A stretch of DNA of 63,967 nucleotides, counting the filler, from Octopus bimaculoides (Eukaryota): NCBI RefSeq assembly GCF_001194135.2. It is 8 parts of 8 records of this genome, joined end to end, with 100 filler letters (N's around TTAATTAATTAA, not from the genome) between each part and the next. Parts side by side here need not be neighbours in the genome. Positions count along the whole stretch, not along the records: positions 1 to 5,790 come from NC_068988.1; positions 5,891 to 23,768 come from NC_068991.1; 6 more parts are not named here. One strand, 5' to 3'. The notes under the pieces were generated by a model. It saw only the letters and a list, made by a program, of their open reading frames with translations. It ran no database searches and had not been told where the DNA came from. The translations under genes and the position numbers were made by a program. This document shows positions 1 to 12,353 of the stretch, in pieces (position 1 is the stretch's first letter; every line of letters starts with the position of its first letter).

Positions 1-68
<68 letters not shown>
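1..68. repeat. (TA)n microsatellite
   Basis: Direct reading. Similar (TA)n/(CA)n/(GA)n tracts occur throughout and flank most N-gaps. Confidence 0.95.
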
Positions 69-69
<1 letters not shown>

Positions 70-1559
70 TTATTGAAAGAAAGAAAATGGAGAAAAATTG
101 ATGTATGAATAATTTGTTTGTATGATATAAAGATGTTTAAACTAAAATAAAAAAGTTTTAAAGCTCAAAAAGAAAATGGGAGATGCGAAAAAAACCTACA
201 TATATTTTTCAGTTGTTGCCCGTAGTTGATAAGCAATTCTAAGCATTTCGTTGTATGCTAAGAATGGTATCATTTTCAGTTATATGGGGCACAACTCCTT
301 CAGGGTTATCATGGGCATATAAAACCAAGGTTAACATTTTTCTTGTTTGAGTTTTACTATTTATAATTTATCTGTATTGTTATTTTTAAAAAAATTCAAT
401 ATCTTTATATCGTACAGAAAAATTATACATATATCCATCTTTTTCCATTTTCTTTCTTTCAATATTAATATGTATTACTACAATAATCCCTAACATACCG
501 CAGAGACTTTCACATTATATAATAGTGATTATATGATAGTAATTAACCCTATACAATCCCTAATATGGATCTAACATCCTCGAGTTGACAATATTTACAT
601 ATATATATATATATACACACACACGAAATGATATCAAACAAAAGAGTGTAGTATGCACATGAAGGAAGAATATGGAATATATATTGCATGCGAGATGATT
701 TGAAAATCATTTGCTAACTTAAAACGATACTGCACTATCCATTGGAAATTATTTCTGCATACTGATGTGCGCAAATGCAGCAGCGTTTGTAAGGTCTGCA
801 AAAAGATAAAGCCTCATAAAACAGCAGCGAGGCAGAAGAATCGCTGTCGGCTGCAATAATTATCTAATAATCGGTGGTGATTTTTATGGGAGATTTCTGA
901 ATGCCAATTTATACATATGTACCTATAAATGTAATTATCTATTATAAGTGGCTTTGTCAATAGTTCGTTCTCTTAAAAAGCCAAAATATGTTTGCTTAAA
1001 CATATTTTTAGGAAACAGAAATCTAAAATGCCACTCTATTCGACGATCCTTATGGAAAGGAAATGTAATTATTATTGTCAAAGAGACTACAAAACAGAAA
1101 TTTATTGAAGCACGTAAGCAATACATTACTCATAGTAAACCAACTTGAGAAAAATTCAAGCAATTTTACAATAAGTTTTTCATGCAAAAACCACAGATGT
1201 ATACTTGTATGACAGCGTCTCTAAAAGTAATACAATAGTCAATAAAAGAGAACCAGAAAATAGTAAGACAACTAGGTAATAGTTCTATGTCGGAGGGTTC
1301 TATGAACTGTAATACTGTATTGAATTATTTAGAAGCACGTGCAAAACGTATTCTACAAGAAGATAGAGCTACAATATATGTACAGTAACTTATTGTAATA
1401 TTCTGCTTGTATGTCTAAGATTGAAAGAGGGCAAGGCCCATGATATTTGTAAGCTGGCAGCTTTGTTTAGGTTACATATATGTGCTGTGCTTTCAGGTTA
1501 AGGAAACCACAGTGATTATTTGAGCCAACCATGTATATGAATATATATATACAGGCATG

Positions 1560-1618
<59 letters not shown>
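1560..1618. repeat. (GA)n microsatellite
   Basis: Direct reading; source of the LSLSLS ORFs. Confidence 0.95.
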
Positions 1619-1622
<4 letters not shown>

Positions 1623-1924
1623 AGAAGTAAGAGCAGGAGGTATATATTTTGAATATGAAGATACATTAGAGGATTGATGAGAATGAAACACGACATATGA
1701 TGGCAGAAATTGAATTATGAAAAGTACATGAAAATAATAAGGAAAATATAGACATGAAATAATATCGGGAAGAGTAAGGGGATGAAGAAAACACGAAGAG
1801 AAACAATAAAAATGAATCAAAAAGACAAAATCGTATGAGATACATAAAATGTCGAAGAAAAATCAAAATTTACGGAAGGAAGAGTAGAGTATGGCGTGGA
1901 ATGTACCTGCAAGGTGGAAACATA

Positions 1925-2065
1925 AAATGATGATAATGATGATGATGGTGATGATGATGATAATGAGGTTGAGGAAGATGATCATGACGACGACGATGTC
2001 CACAAGGACGATTAGGATGATTATGATGCAACTGATGATGGCAATGTTGCTGTTGCTGATAATAA
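1925..2065. repeat. Degenerate (ATG/GAT)n trinucleotide tract
   Basis: Direct reading; source of the poly-Met, poly-His and poly-Ile ORFs. Confidence 0.85.
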
Positions 2066-2416
2066 TGAAAATAAAAAAAAAAACAATATTGAGATTGTAG
2101 GATATACATGTAAGGATATGCACTAAAAATTAAAGGAAACAAGCATATAGAAACAAAATAATTAAAGAATTCATACATATGCAAAACATTGTTAACGACA
2201 TTTCTAGTATCACCCAGCATAAGATAGAGAATATCACTTTGATAAGAGGAGACAGGAGTAAAAGAAAATAACTGAATTATGTATATATACATATATATAT
2301 GTATGTGCATATGTATATATGTATANNNNNNNNNNNNNNNNNNNNNNNNNNNNNNNNNNNNNNNNNNNNNNNNNNNNNNNNNNNNNNNNNNNNNNNNNNN
2401 NNNNNNNNNNNNNNNN

Positions 2417-2465
<49 letters not shown>

Positions 2466-2818
2466 GTATTCATATATAAATATATATACATCATGTATAT
2501 ATGGAGACACATACACACACACACACTCACACATACATATATCAGAAGAGGGAGAGTGAGAAAGAGAAATAGATAGATGCACAAAGAGAGGCAAATATAG
2601 TGCTTTGAAGATTGAAATAAATGGCAGAATAGAAGGAAGACGTTAGAATTGATAAAAATAAAAACGCGAACGATATAAACATGTAAAATATACACCGAAT
2701 TAACAAACGTGTTTATCGGATAATTCTGATGTCAGCGGGTTTTTTGGGATAAGTAAGACAAAGCGACAAAGAAGCAGATAGAAGGAGAGGCATAGAGGCA
2801 CATTTGTGACCAACCATA

Positions 2819-2918
<100 letters not shown>

Positions 2919-5290
2919 GCCTTTGCACATCTAATTCTGGAAATGTACTACAATGTCAGCTGTTCTCTACCAGTGAACTAGGGTAATACCTCTTATTTTT
3001 CGAGCACCTTCCGGAATATTCAAGCGGTTCCAAGCAGTGCTGTTTTCTGCAATTGCGCCACCCTTATTGCAGCTCCTATTTGTTCCACGTACTTCTCGAT
3101 ATTTTTGCCCACTGTTCCCAGGGCTCCGATAATTATTGGTACTGCTCCTACCTATGTCATCGACCGCAACAGCTTAACTTCCCAAGCTAACCTGTCATAT
3201 CTCTCAACTTTTCTTTCTTCCTTGTCGCGTACCTTGTTGTCAGCAGGGCATGCTATATCTATGATCCAGCATATTTTGTTTTCTTTCTTATTTAAGACTA
3301 TGTCTGGTTTCCTATTCTCTATCTCATGATCACACTGAATCATAAAATCCTATAGGATTTTTGCATTTCTATTTTCGACGATGCCTTCAGGTTTGTGGTC
3401 GTACCAGTTTTTTGCTGTCAAGTCCATACTTGTTGCAAAGTGTCCAATGGACAAGCCAGGCTATATTGTCGTGGCGTCTCTTATATTCCTTCTGGGCCAG
3501 TGGCGTACATTGGTTGGTAATATGCCATACTGATTCACCGTTTTGTCCACAGATTCTGCACTTATCACTTTCTGCCGTGTTGTCCTGTATTTTATGTAGT
3601 TTGTTCTTAGTGCTTGCTCTTGGGAAGAACAGATTAGATCATCCGTTTCCGGTTTTAGATCACCTTTAGTCATCCACAGCCATCTTTTTCTCTGTTTGTC
3701 TCATCTTCAACACTTCTATGAAATTGTCCATGCCTTCTTTTCTTTACCCACCTATTTTCAGTTTAATTTTTTTCAATTTCTTGTATAGTGCATTTGTTTG
3801 CAATCTTTCCTCCTACACAAGCCCGACCTTCTTACTTCTAATAATAATGGTTCAGTGGAATACTTACATACCATGCTATGTTCTTTTCTTCTGCTCTAAT
3901 GCTGCGTTCACATTCAATTACTCCGCTTCCTCTTTTTCTTGGTACATACAGTTTGTCTGTGTCACTTTTTGGGTGGAGTGACCCATATCTAGTTAACAAC
4001 TTCCTTGTCTTTCTATCTAAGCTGTTTAATTCATCTACTGTCCATGCGATTACCCCTGCTCCATATCTATGGAGTGAAACCGGCCAGGTGTTGATTGCCT
4101 CGATCTTATTCCGTCCGTTTAATTTCGACTTAAGGATCAGTCTCAGTTTGCTCAAGTACTCCACCTTAAATTTTTCTGTCATTTCTTTCTCTATCAATTT
4201 ATACATTTCCAAAATCACCAAGTACCTATTGCTCGTCTCTTCTATCTGCTTCATAACCTCCCCCGACGGTATCGTTAGCCCGTGCATACATTTGATTTTG
4301 CCTCTCTTCAAGACTAACACACCACACCTTCTCAGTCTGAACTTCATTCCGATATCAACACTGACGGTATACACCGTATCAACGAAGGAACTGACTTGGG
4401 GTTCATCTTTACCATAGCATTTGAGGTCATCCACGAATAACAAATGGTTGCCTTTTTGTTGGCGGCTTTTGAATACATACCCAGCTTCTGCTTTCCTCAG
4501 AATCAGTGTTAGTGGTATTGAGCACAGTACAAAGATCAGTAGGGACAAGAAGTTCCCTTGGAAGATACCTCTCCTAATTTCTACTGTCCCTAAACTTCTT
4601 CCGTATGTTGTCAGGTCCGTCCTCCAATTCGCCATATTTTTTCCAAGCAATTATTCAACATTCGATGCAATGCCAAGTAGGTTCATATACTCCATAATCC
4701 AAGAATGTGGGATCCTATTGTACGTCTTACGATAGTCGATCCATGACATGGCTAAGTTACTTTTCCTCCTCTTGCAGTCTCTACGTACAGTTTTGTCTAT
4801 CAGGAGTTGATCCTTGGTACCTCTGCACTTACGCTTGCAACCCTTCTGATCATGTGGCAGGACTCCATTTTTTCCAAATGTCCGTACATTGACTCTGCGA
4901 ATATTCCAGTCAATAACTTCCGCATAAGTGGCAAATAGGATATCGGCCTGTATTTGTCTACCGTATTACGTCTTTTGATGTTTTTCAAATAGAGCACTGT
5001 CCTACACAATGTCAACCACTCTGGAGTTACTTGGTCGGCATTTAACAAGGTGTTGAGTTGCGCAGCTATTCGTGCATGACATTCACCAAACCTTTTGATC
5101 CAGTAGCCTTGAACTCCATCGGGTCCCGGTGCCTTCCAGTTGCTCATTTTTTTTTTTTGCTGATTTCCTTCACTTCCCTAACTGAAATGATTAGTTCTGC
5201 CTGTTTGAGACAGACTACTGCTTGTTTCAGTTCTTGCAACCATTCAGCATCCTTCTTGTGCTCCTTGTCGTTGCTCCAAATGTCACTCCA
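2919..5290 (-). mobile_element. 5'-truncated, frameshifted non-LTR retrotransposon of the R4/Dong clade (RT + CCHC knuckle + restriction-like endonuclease)
   Basis: RT motifs SNWKAPGPDG, YRPIS(Y)LP, RRGIFQG, NHLLFVDDLK and RYGAG, then RLE HEIENRKPDIV...IIDIACP and PIIIGALGTV; ends in (TAA)n. Confidence 0.9.
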
Positions 5291-5759
5291 AATTGACTAC
5301 CCTAAACCTAACTAATTGATAACGTGTACTACTAGCGACACATACTTCAAATGCTTCAAGACACATGCTTAAAATGTAGCTATTTTAATTCTCAGTTGTT
5401 TCCGTTCATTATTTAAAATATATTTCCCTTGGTGATATCCCTGAAAATGCTTCCCTTCCCAAAATTTTTTGAGTAAGACTTCTTTAAACTAAGATATAAA
5501 TCAATAAAATTATAGTTTTATTTAAATTTATTTACTATCGATTCTAGATCTAATTCACAGATTAGGCCCGCTTAATAATTTTTGAACACATCCTTCCCCA
5601 TTCCACTTGTCGTATTCAGACATGCACATCCCATTCAGACATGCACAAACGTACAGTTAAATACATTACTATGTTGTAATTTAAGCGCTAGATTTATACG
5701 TTACCATTCTTATAATCATACTTTATTCATTCTTACTCACATACGCACGCGTATACACA

Positions 5760-5790
<31 letters not shown>

Positions 5791-5834
5791 NNNNNNNNNN
5801 NNNNNNNNNNNNNNNNNNNNNNNNNNNNNNNNNN

Positions 5835-5846
5835 TTAATTAATTAA
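5835..5846. other. Assembly spacer TTAATTAATTAA inside a 100-bp gap (also 23813-23824, 37751-37762, 50725-50736, 54383-54394, 56799-56810, 61440-61451)
   Basis: Identical 12-mer carrying stop codons in all six frames, each time set within N runs (44 N on both sides where counted). Confidence 0.95.
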
Positions 5847-6124
5847 NNNNNNNNNNNNNNNNNNNNNNNNNNNNNNNNNNNNNNNNNNNNTATATATATA
5901 TAGATATATATGTATATAAGTATGTATAAATATGTATGTATATATATATATATGTATATATATGTATAAATATATGTTTGCATGTATATATGTGTATAAA
6001 TGGGTACATATATGTATGTATATGTAATATGTACACATAATATACACATATATACATGCATACATATATTCATATATATATCTACATACATATATACATA
6101 TATATACATTTATCCACACACATG

Positions 6125-6330
6125 CACACGTTATTTCACATTGCCCCAGCCCATTCAGCTGGCAATAAAGAGTTGTACCTGTTGTTCAAAGAGCCAGCCT
6201 TGTCACATTCTGTGTTACGCTGTTTCTCCCTGAGAATTACGTTAAGGATAACACGTCTGTGGAGTGCTCAGCCACTTGCACATTAATTCCACAAGCAAGC
6301 TGTTCTGTTGATCGGATTAACTGGCACACT
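6125..6330 (+). mobile_element. SINE family C, 3' part
   Basis: Matches the fuller copy at 60175-60450 (tttcacattgc...cagctggcaa..aagagttgtac...ctgtggagtgct). Confidence 0.75.
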
Positions 6331-6493
6331 GAGTGCTAGTATTTGACCATTGACAAGATGAAAGGCAGAGTTGACCTCTGCGGGCTTTGAACTTTGTCAT
6401 TTTTCTTGACATTTAGCTATCCATCAACTCTTAATTATTAAGTAATTAATAACATTTTATTGAAAGAAAAACTATTCTTGTTTTGTTTTTAAG

Positions 6494-6630
6494 GTACAGG
6501 AAGCAACCGACAACTGCGTGAGTTGAACGTGACCCTTTTGAACCCAAATTTTTGTCAGAATCTTTGGCACGGAACCATTCGTCCACCACTTCATATCTGT
6601 GTTAATTTTGGCATAAAAGGAGCCTGTTCA
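6494..6630 (+). CDS. Penultimate exon of an S1 (trypsin/chymotrypsin family) serine protease
   Basis: ttttgtttttaag|(G)TGSNRQLRELNVTLLNPNFCQNLWHGTIRPPLHICVNFGIKGACS|gtgagt. Contains the C168, C182 and C191 equivalents and joins in phase 0 to the GDSGG exon. Confidence 0.85.
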
Positions 6631-7879
6631 GTGAGTATTAAAATTATTTGATTTTATTATTAACTTATAGACGAACGGCGAACTGGTAGAGCGTCGGATA
6701 AAAATGTTTTGTAATTGTCACTACTCTTCTTGTTCAGGGTTCAATATCATCGATTTATCTCCTTCACTCAAAAATTGCTGGCCTCGAACCCTGTAAGAGC
6801 CCAGTATCACGCTCAGGGAAAGTATTCTGATCTTGGTCTCTTAAACGCCATGGAAACCAAAAGACCGACCTTATGAGTCCCTGGACTAAAAAAAAAAGAA
6901 AGGAAAAACAACACAATATCGATTTCGTATCTTTTTTGTTGCTGTCACAGTTTTCAATTCTTTTAATTTTGTTCCAATTGTTTTCAAATTTGGTGCACCG
7001 ATGTAGATTATGGAAATGAAATTCGTTTTTGCTATAAATTAATAAATAAAAAGTTAATAGCTTTTAAAGTTTGCAAATTTTGGGTAATTTTAGCCGACCG
7101 TAAGCCACAGGTATATTGGTGCCTGTTTCCATAGTAACAAGACAAGGTTTAGTCTACTTAAAACTCCAACCACATGTATTGTTTTTACATGTCTATTTTC
7201 TTTAATAAGTGCCTATTTTCTGAACCTTTCGAATATGATGGAGAAATTGGAAACCGAGAAGGATACAGTTTCATACTTGCAAGAGAAAGCTGTTGTCCCT
7301 AAAAGAAAATTATATACAAAAAGACACTATGTCTGGAGACATAGTCAGTTATATCAACAACGATCTTTTGTTGGCACTTATCTTATTGAATTCCCGGAGC
7401 ACGAAAACAAGGGCTACTCTAGAAAGGGATCTGAACACAGAATATAAAGAGGGATAGCTAAAAACTCGTGGGAGACAAAGGCAGACACATATATTTATAC
7501 CTTTATGAAGGGCTTCCACAGATTCTATCTACCAAATTCTCTCACGAAGCATTGGTCCGAAGATATAGTAGATGACAAATACCCATGGTGCCGCGCAGTG
7601 GTACGGAACCCGAAACCAAGTGGCTGCAAAGCAAGCTTCTCAACCACACAGCCGTACCTGCGCCTACCTGTGGAACAAATAAATCTAGTCTTCTGGGATG
7701 CAACCTTAATACTGACAAAAGTCTTTGATGCTTTTGGGAAAACAGTCTGATGGTCAAAATACTCTTTTCCTTACTTTCATTGTAATATAGACACGAGGCT
7801 GATCGCCACAAACTAACCTATATTGAGTTTCAGTGGTCAATTCAAATCCTTTATTATTGTGGAAGATACAAAATGGTTA

Positions 7880-8075
7880 GCTGGCGGAATTTTAATCGCG
7901 CCGGACATAAATTTTTCAGCAGCATTTCTTTTGGTTTTTACGTTCTGAGTTCAAATAATGCTGTGGTCGACTTTGCTTTTCATCCCTTCGAGATCGAGAA
8001 AATAAGTACCAGTTGATGTAATTATCTTACTCATTTCTCAAAAATTGCTAGCTTTGTGCCAAAATTTAAAACTGT
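7880..8075 (+). mobile_element. tRNA-derived SINE family A in the protease intron
   Basis: B-box gagttcaaat followed by gtcgactttgc..ttcatcc, as in other family A copies. Confidence 0.75.
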
Positions 8076-8131
8076 TATTGTGGAAGATATGACAGACTTT
8101 TGATAAATTGTATCGGTTATTTATTTTTCAG

Positions 8132-8317
8132 GGTGATTCTGGAGGGCCATTATCTTGTGTGCGAAAGTCTGATGGCCGATTCATTGTGGCTGGTGTTACA
8201 TCTTGGGGCGACCGTTCGTGTCAAAGATATGGTTTCCCAAGTATCTACACAAATATCAAAACGTTTGTTCCATGGATTCAGAATGTAATCAAAGCTAACA
8301 GTAGAAGTCCGAGGTAA
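8132..8317 (+). CDS. Terminal exon of the S1 serine protease (catalytic Ser)
   Basis: ttatttttcag|GDSGGPLSCVRKSDGRFIVAGVTSWGDRSCQRYGFPSIYTNIKTFVPWIQNVIKANSRSPR*. Shows GDSGGP, SWG and the PxxY/W C-terminal helix. The His and Asp exons are not seen in this window. Confidence 0.92.
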   Translation, partial: GDSGGPLSCVRKSDGRFIVAGVTSWGDRSCQRYGFPSIYTNIKTFVPWIQNVIKANSRSPR

Positions 8318-10739
8318 CTTAGACAGAACCGAAGTTGTTTGGAAATTAAATACTTTTAACATTTCTACCTGTGTTCTTTGTCGTCATTCATTCAGTGAAT
8401 CTATTACGGATCAACTAAAATGCTTTTAAAACCATTGCAGGGAGTAAATAAGCCATTTAATGTTATCAGGCTGGAGAAGCAGCACTAGGGAATGTCATTT
8501 TGTGATGTACCTCTGGCAAGTCAGGCTGGTGGAGCACATATAAATTCTTATTCATGAGGGCATATCAATTCAACATTGAAACATTTAGTAGTTGTAATTA
8601 GCACTAGTTCGTTCTCATTCATCATATTTGCCGCTGAGCTGCGAAGATTTTCTTAGGGCCGTTTCTGTAGTACGAGATATTTTATTTTTTATAGACTTTG
8701 TGAAAAGTTTGTCAGTCCCTTGTTCAACCCTCTATTACCCGGGCTTCAGACCGGCTAACAACAGTCAAGTGAAGATCAGCTAATTCAGAGAGAGAATGGG
8801 GAGAGAGAGAGGGGGAATCAGTCGAGTTTGCGATACGACTGAATTAATTTCGTAATCCAGAAGTTGCTAATATATCGCAGTGTTGCCATAACACCACTTC
8901 ACGCGCTCAAATTTTAAGTTGCTTAAGTAAAAGTCGAAAGTAAACAATATTGTAAAGCAGAAACAAATGCATCAAAGAAATTTCAAGAAACTGTTGCTGT
9001 GATTTCGTTTCAATTTCTCCTGAAACCACAAAGCGTTTAGTAAACATTTGAATTTCCTTTAATCTTCCATCCCACTCAGTTAAAAAATAAATTCCTCATA
9101 ATCCTGTGCACTTAACAGGCTATGGAAATAAATAAATCAACAAGTGGTTACCTCCCTTGATGCGAATTAGGTCATTCAGAGTTGCTTACCGTGAATACAA
9201 ATTCGCGTTTAATATTGGTAGATGGCGCCGAGTCTGACAGTCATTTTTGATGTAACATATTTGGTATTTGAATGTAATTGAGTCATTTTCATTTGGAAAC
9301 AAGGGGATATAAGAGACTGATGCTACACTGTAAATTACTGGTACTTGTCTTATGGAAATTAATAGAGAGCATTGAAATTTAGGGCTGTAGAGGAACGAAA
9401 TTCAATCTATTACGTATCTGGTCCAGTGCATCCCAACGTCAGTCATCTTCTCGGCTGCTGTTGTATTAAAAGCAATTTGTCTTAATCCTTTCCGTGTCCA
9501 ATGCAATTTCATAAGTTTGTCCTAAACGTCCATGCTTCATTTCAAACATAGTCATTGTTTCATACATTCTGAGTAAAATAAAGCTTTCTTTCATGCGTCC
9601 CATGTTTTTGACGTTGAAAAAAAAAAAAAAAAAATGGCAATGTCTAACATATATGGTGCACGAATGCCAGGGAAATATGTCCTGTTTATTATGTGATACA
9701 CAGGACAGGTAAAGGGTTAACTGGCAGAAGATCGATTCGGTAAACTAATATGTAACTGGTGCTTAATTTATCAATCTTGTAAGGGTTAGCAATGCAAGAT
9801 GATACTTGCGAAATGAGAACTGCCTCGCGATTGATTTTAAGATTTAGGGAAAATTTGTAGAAAAAAATAAAATTCTACAAATAACTTTTCCTTGCCTCTG
9901 TTTGAGGGGAATTAAATTCTGTCTTGTGTTGTTGCAAAACCGAACATTTTGGACATACTAGGGCGCTGAAAGATAAAACTGGCAGTACAGGATAGGAGTA
10001 GCAGATTTAAGCTCAGAACTGTAATAGGACAACGAAAGGGACAAGTCTGGTATTCTATCTTATGTAGTAAAGTATTTTTTTTTTTTAATACCTCAGTGTT
10101 TTCGAGCCAAGAAATGAGCTTCAATGTGGTCACTCAGCCTGTTAGAAATAGTAATGAATTCTCCCTCAAACAATATCTTTACCGTCTTACAATGGACCTA
10201 GACTTCCTGCTCATAGGAAAAAATGGGAAGGTCATGGAAGAAATTCCTTTAATCATAGATTTGGTCAGCTCTGACTGATTAGAGTTGACCTTGGGCTAAA
10301 TAACAGCAACGATTGTATTTGAGCCAATGAGAAACATTCAATGTGGTCATCTGATTTACTAGAAATAGCAGTTAAATCTCCTTCAACTCAAACTGTTTTA
10401 CATACACCCTAGATGGATGGACTGGTCATGTTGGGAGTGCCTTGGACTGTGGGTTTACTTGATATTGACTGGAGCTAAATAGTAATCTTTATTTCTGTGA
10501 TATGAAGCCTTCAAATATCAGGTAACCAAACAGACAATAAAAATGTCATATTTTATACTCATCTTGTAGAACTATTCATCCCCATGTCAACCTTGGTCAA
10601 AAAGAATTACAATCAAAGTTGAAGCTGAGATCAATTTTTTTTTTCATTTTGAAGTATATCAAGAACTTTATTCCCTAATACATCACTCTCTAGTTAAGAC
10701 ATTAATGTGTGAATTGAAGGAGATTTGGCTAGTGTAGTG

Positions 10740-11130
10740 TTGGCTGTGTGGTAAGTAGCTTGCTTACCAACCACATGGTTCCAGGTTCAGTCCCACTGCG
10801 TGGCATCTTGGGCAAGTGTCTACTATAGCCTTGGGCTGACCAAAGCCTTGTGAGTGGATTTGGTAGACGGAAACTGAAAGAAGCCTGTCGTATATATGTA
10901 TATATATATACATGTATGTGTGTATGTGCTTGTATGTCTGTGTTTGTCCCCCCCAACGTCGTTGACAACCGATGCTGGTGTGTTTACGTCCCCGGTAACT
11001 TAGTGGCTCGGCAAAAGAAACTGATAAAATAAGTACTAAGCTTCCAAAGAATAAGTCCTGGGGTCGATTTGCTCGACTACAGGCAGTGCTCCAGCATGGC
11101 AACAGTCAAAAGACTGAAACAAGTAAAAGA
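10740..11130 (+). mobile_element. Near full-length tRNA-derived SINE family B
   Basis: A-box tggctgtgtggt, B-box ggttcagtccc, body cttgggcaagtgtctactatagcc, internal (TA/TG)n, tail ccagcatggc..gactgaaacaagtaaaag. Confidence 0.85.
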
Positions 11131-11341
11131 GCGTAGAAAAAAAACCTTGCTAAACAGTGACCCATGCAAGCTTGGAAAAATGGATATCAAATTGAGAATG
11201 GTGGTAATCATACAAAAGCAACGATGTTTGAACTCTTCAAGAAGTTAACTATTAAAAATGTACCTAAAATTAAGAACTGGATAATGATGAGAATTTAAAA
11301 AAACACAAGTGAAGCTCAGTCAGGTGATACTTTGCAAATGT

Positions 11342-11347
11342 TTTATT
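11342..11347 (-). terminator. Candidate poly(A) signal of the minus-strand gene
   Basis: Minus strand reads tttgtacagtatatttgaagAATAAAacatttgc, with a UGUA element upstream of AAUAAA. Confidence 0.4.
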
Positions 11348-12305
11348 CTTCAAATATACTGTACAAATAAAAATTTTTTCTTAGATTTCACAAATATTTA
11401 CGGACAGCTTCGTACAATAAATAGGAGTTGACACAGACACATGGTGATGTGACAACCAAATTATTATAACTTGCTAGGACCTGTTTTGTGGACCCACAAA
11501 ATAAGGGCTCTGACAGTGATTTACAGAGTAACTGGTCTTTGTGTGAGTTTCTTTTGGATAACTAAAGCCATCAACAAACAAATAAGGAATTGCAACCAGA
11601 AGGAGATAGAGGGGAGAGAAGGAAGAGGAATTAAGTTACTTAGAGGGGGAAACATAAATAAGGAATAAACGGGGCACAGTTTTGGTATTGGCTGGTTAAA
11701 TAAAGTAACCCTGCATGAATTAGGAGTTACTTGGTTAGTGTGAATCCCTGTAAAGCTAAAATGATAGCTTGAAATGGTTTCTTCATTATCTTTTTTTTTT
11801 ATGCTATAATATACATGTAAAGAAGATAATACATGGTCTAATCCAGTAGCTGTTATACTGCACAAATTAAATTATTCTATAAGCAGAGCTCTTTATGAAT
11901 ACAATAAACATGACAGTGAGATTTCACTGCACTGTCTGCCTAAGAGCTTTAACTTAGTTGCCTTTATCTATATTTTAATTAGTGTAGCATTTCGTAGTTA
12001 GTTAAGTTGAGGCTAATGTCTAGAAATATCACTATTTTTTATTAATAGTAGTCAAGAAAAACAACGATTAAACCCTGAATGGAATAAGTTGCAGAAGGAA
12101 AGCTGTAAGAACTGAACTTCAAAAGAGAAGCACTCTTTGAGTAAACAAAAATTATGTTTAGGGAATAGAGACTAACAGGACACACCCAAACCAGGTGTTT
12201 CTAAGTAGTCCTTTCATGTTTTTGAAAAACTTTTCCAGCCAGAAATAAAGAAATATATTCTTAATAATAACACTGTTTAGGTGTGGATAAACTCTTAATT
12301 AGATA

Positions 12306-12307
<2 letters not shown>

Positions 12308-12351
<44 letters not shown>
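12308..12351. repeat. 44-nt A homopolymer
   Basis: Direct count. Confidence 0.9.

Positions 12352-12353
<2 letters not shown>

Noticed and set aside
720-1430. Coding-like stretch (VIFMGDF; YLEARAKRILQED)
   Set aside because: Probably an old transposon or LINE endonuclease remnant, but no family can be supported by eye.
10740-10810. A-box/B-box motifs here and at other SINE heads as tRNA genes
   Set aside because: They continue into SINE bodies and show no cloverleaf or anticodon arm.
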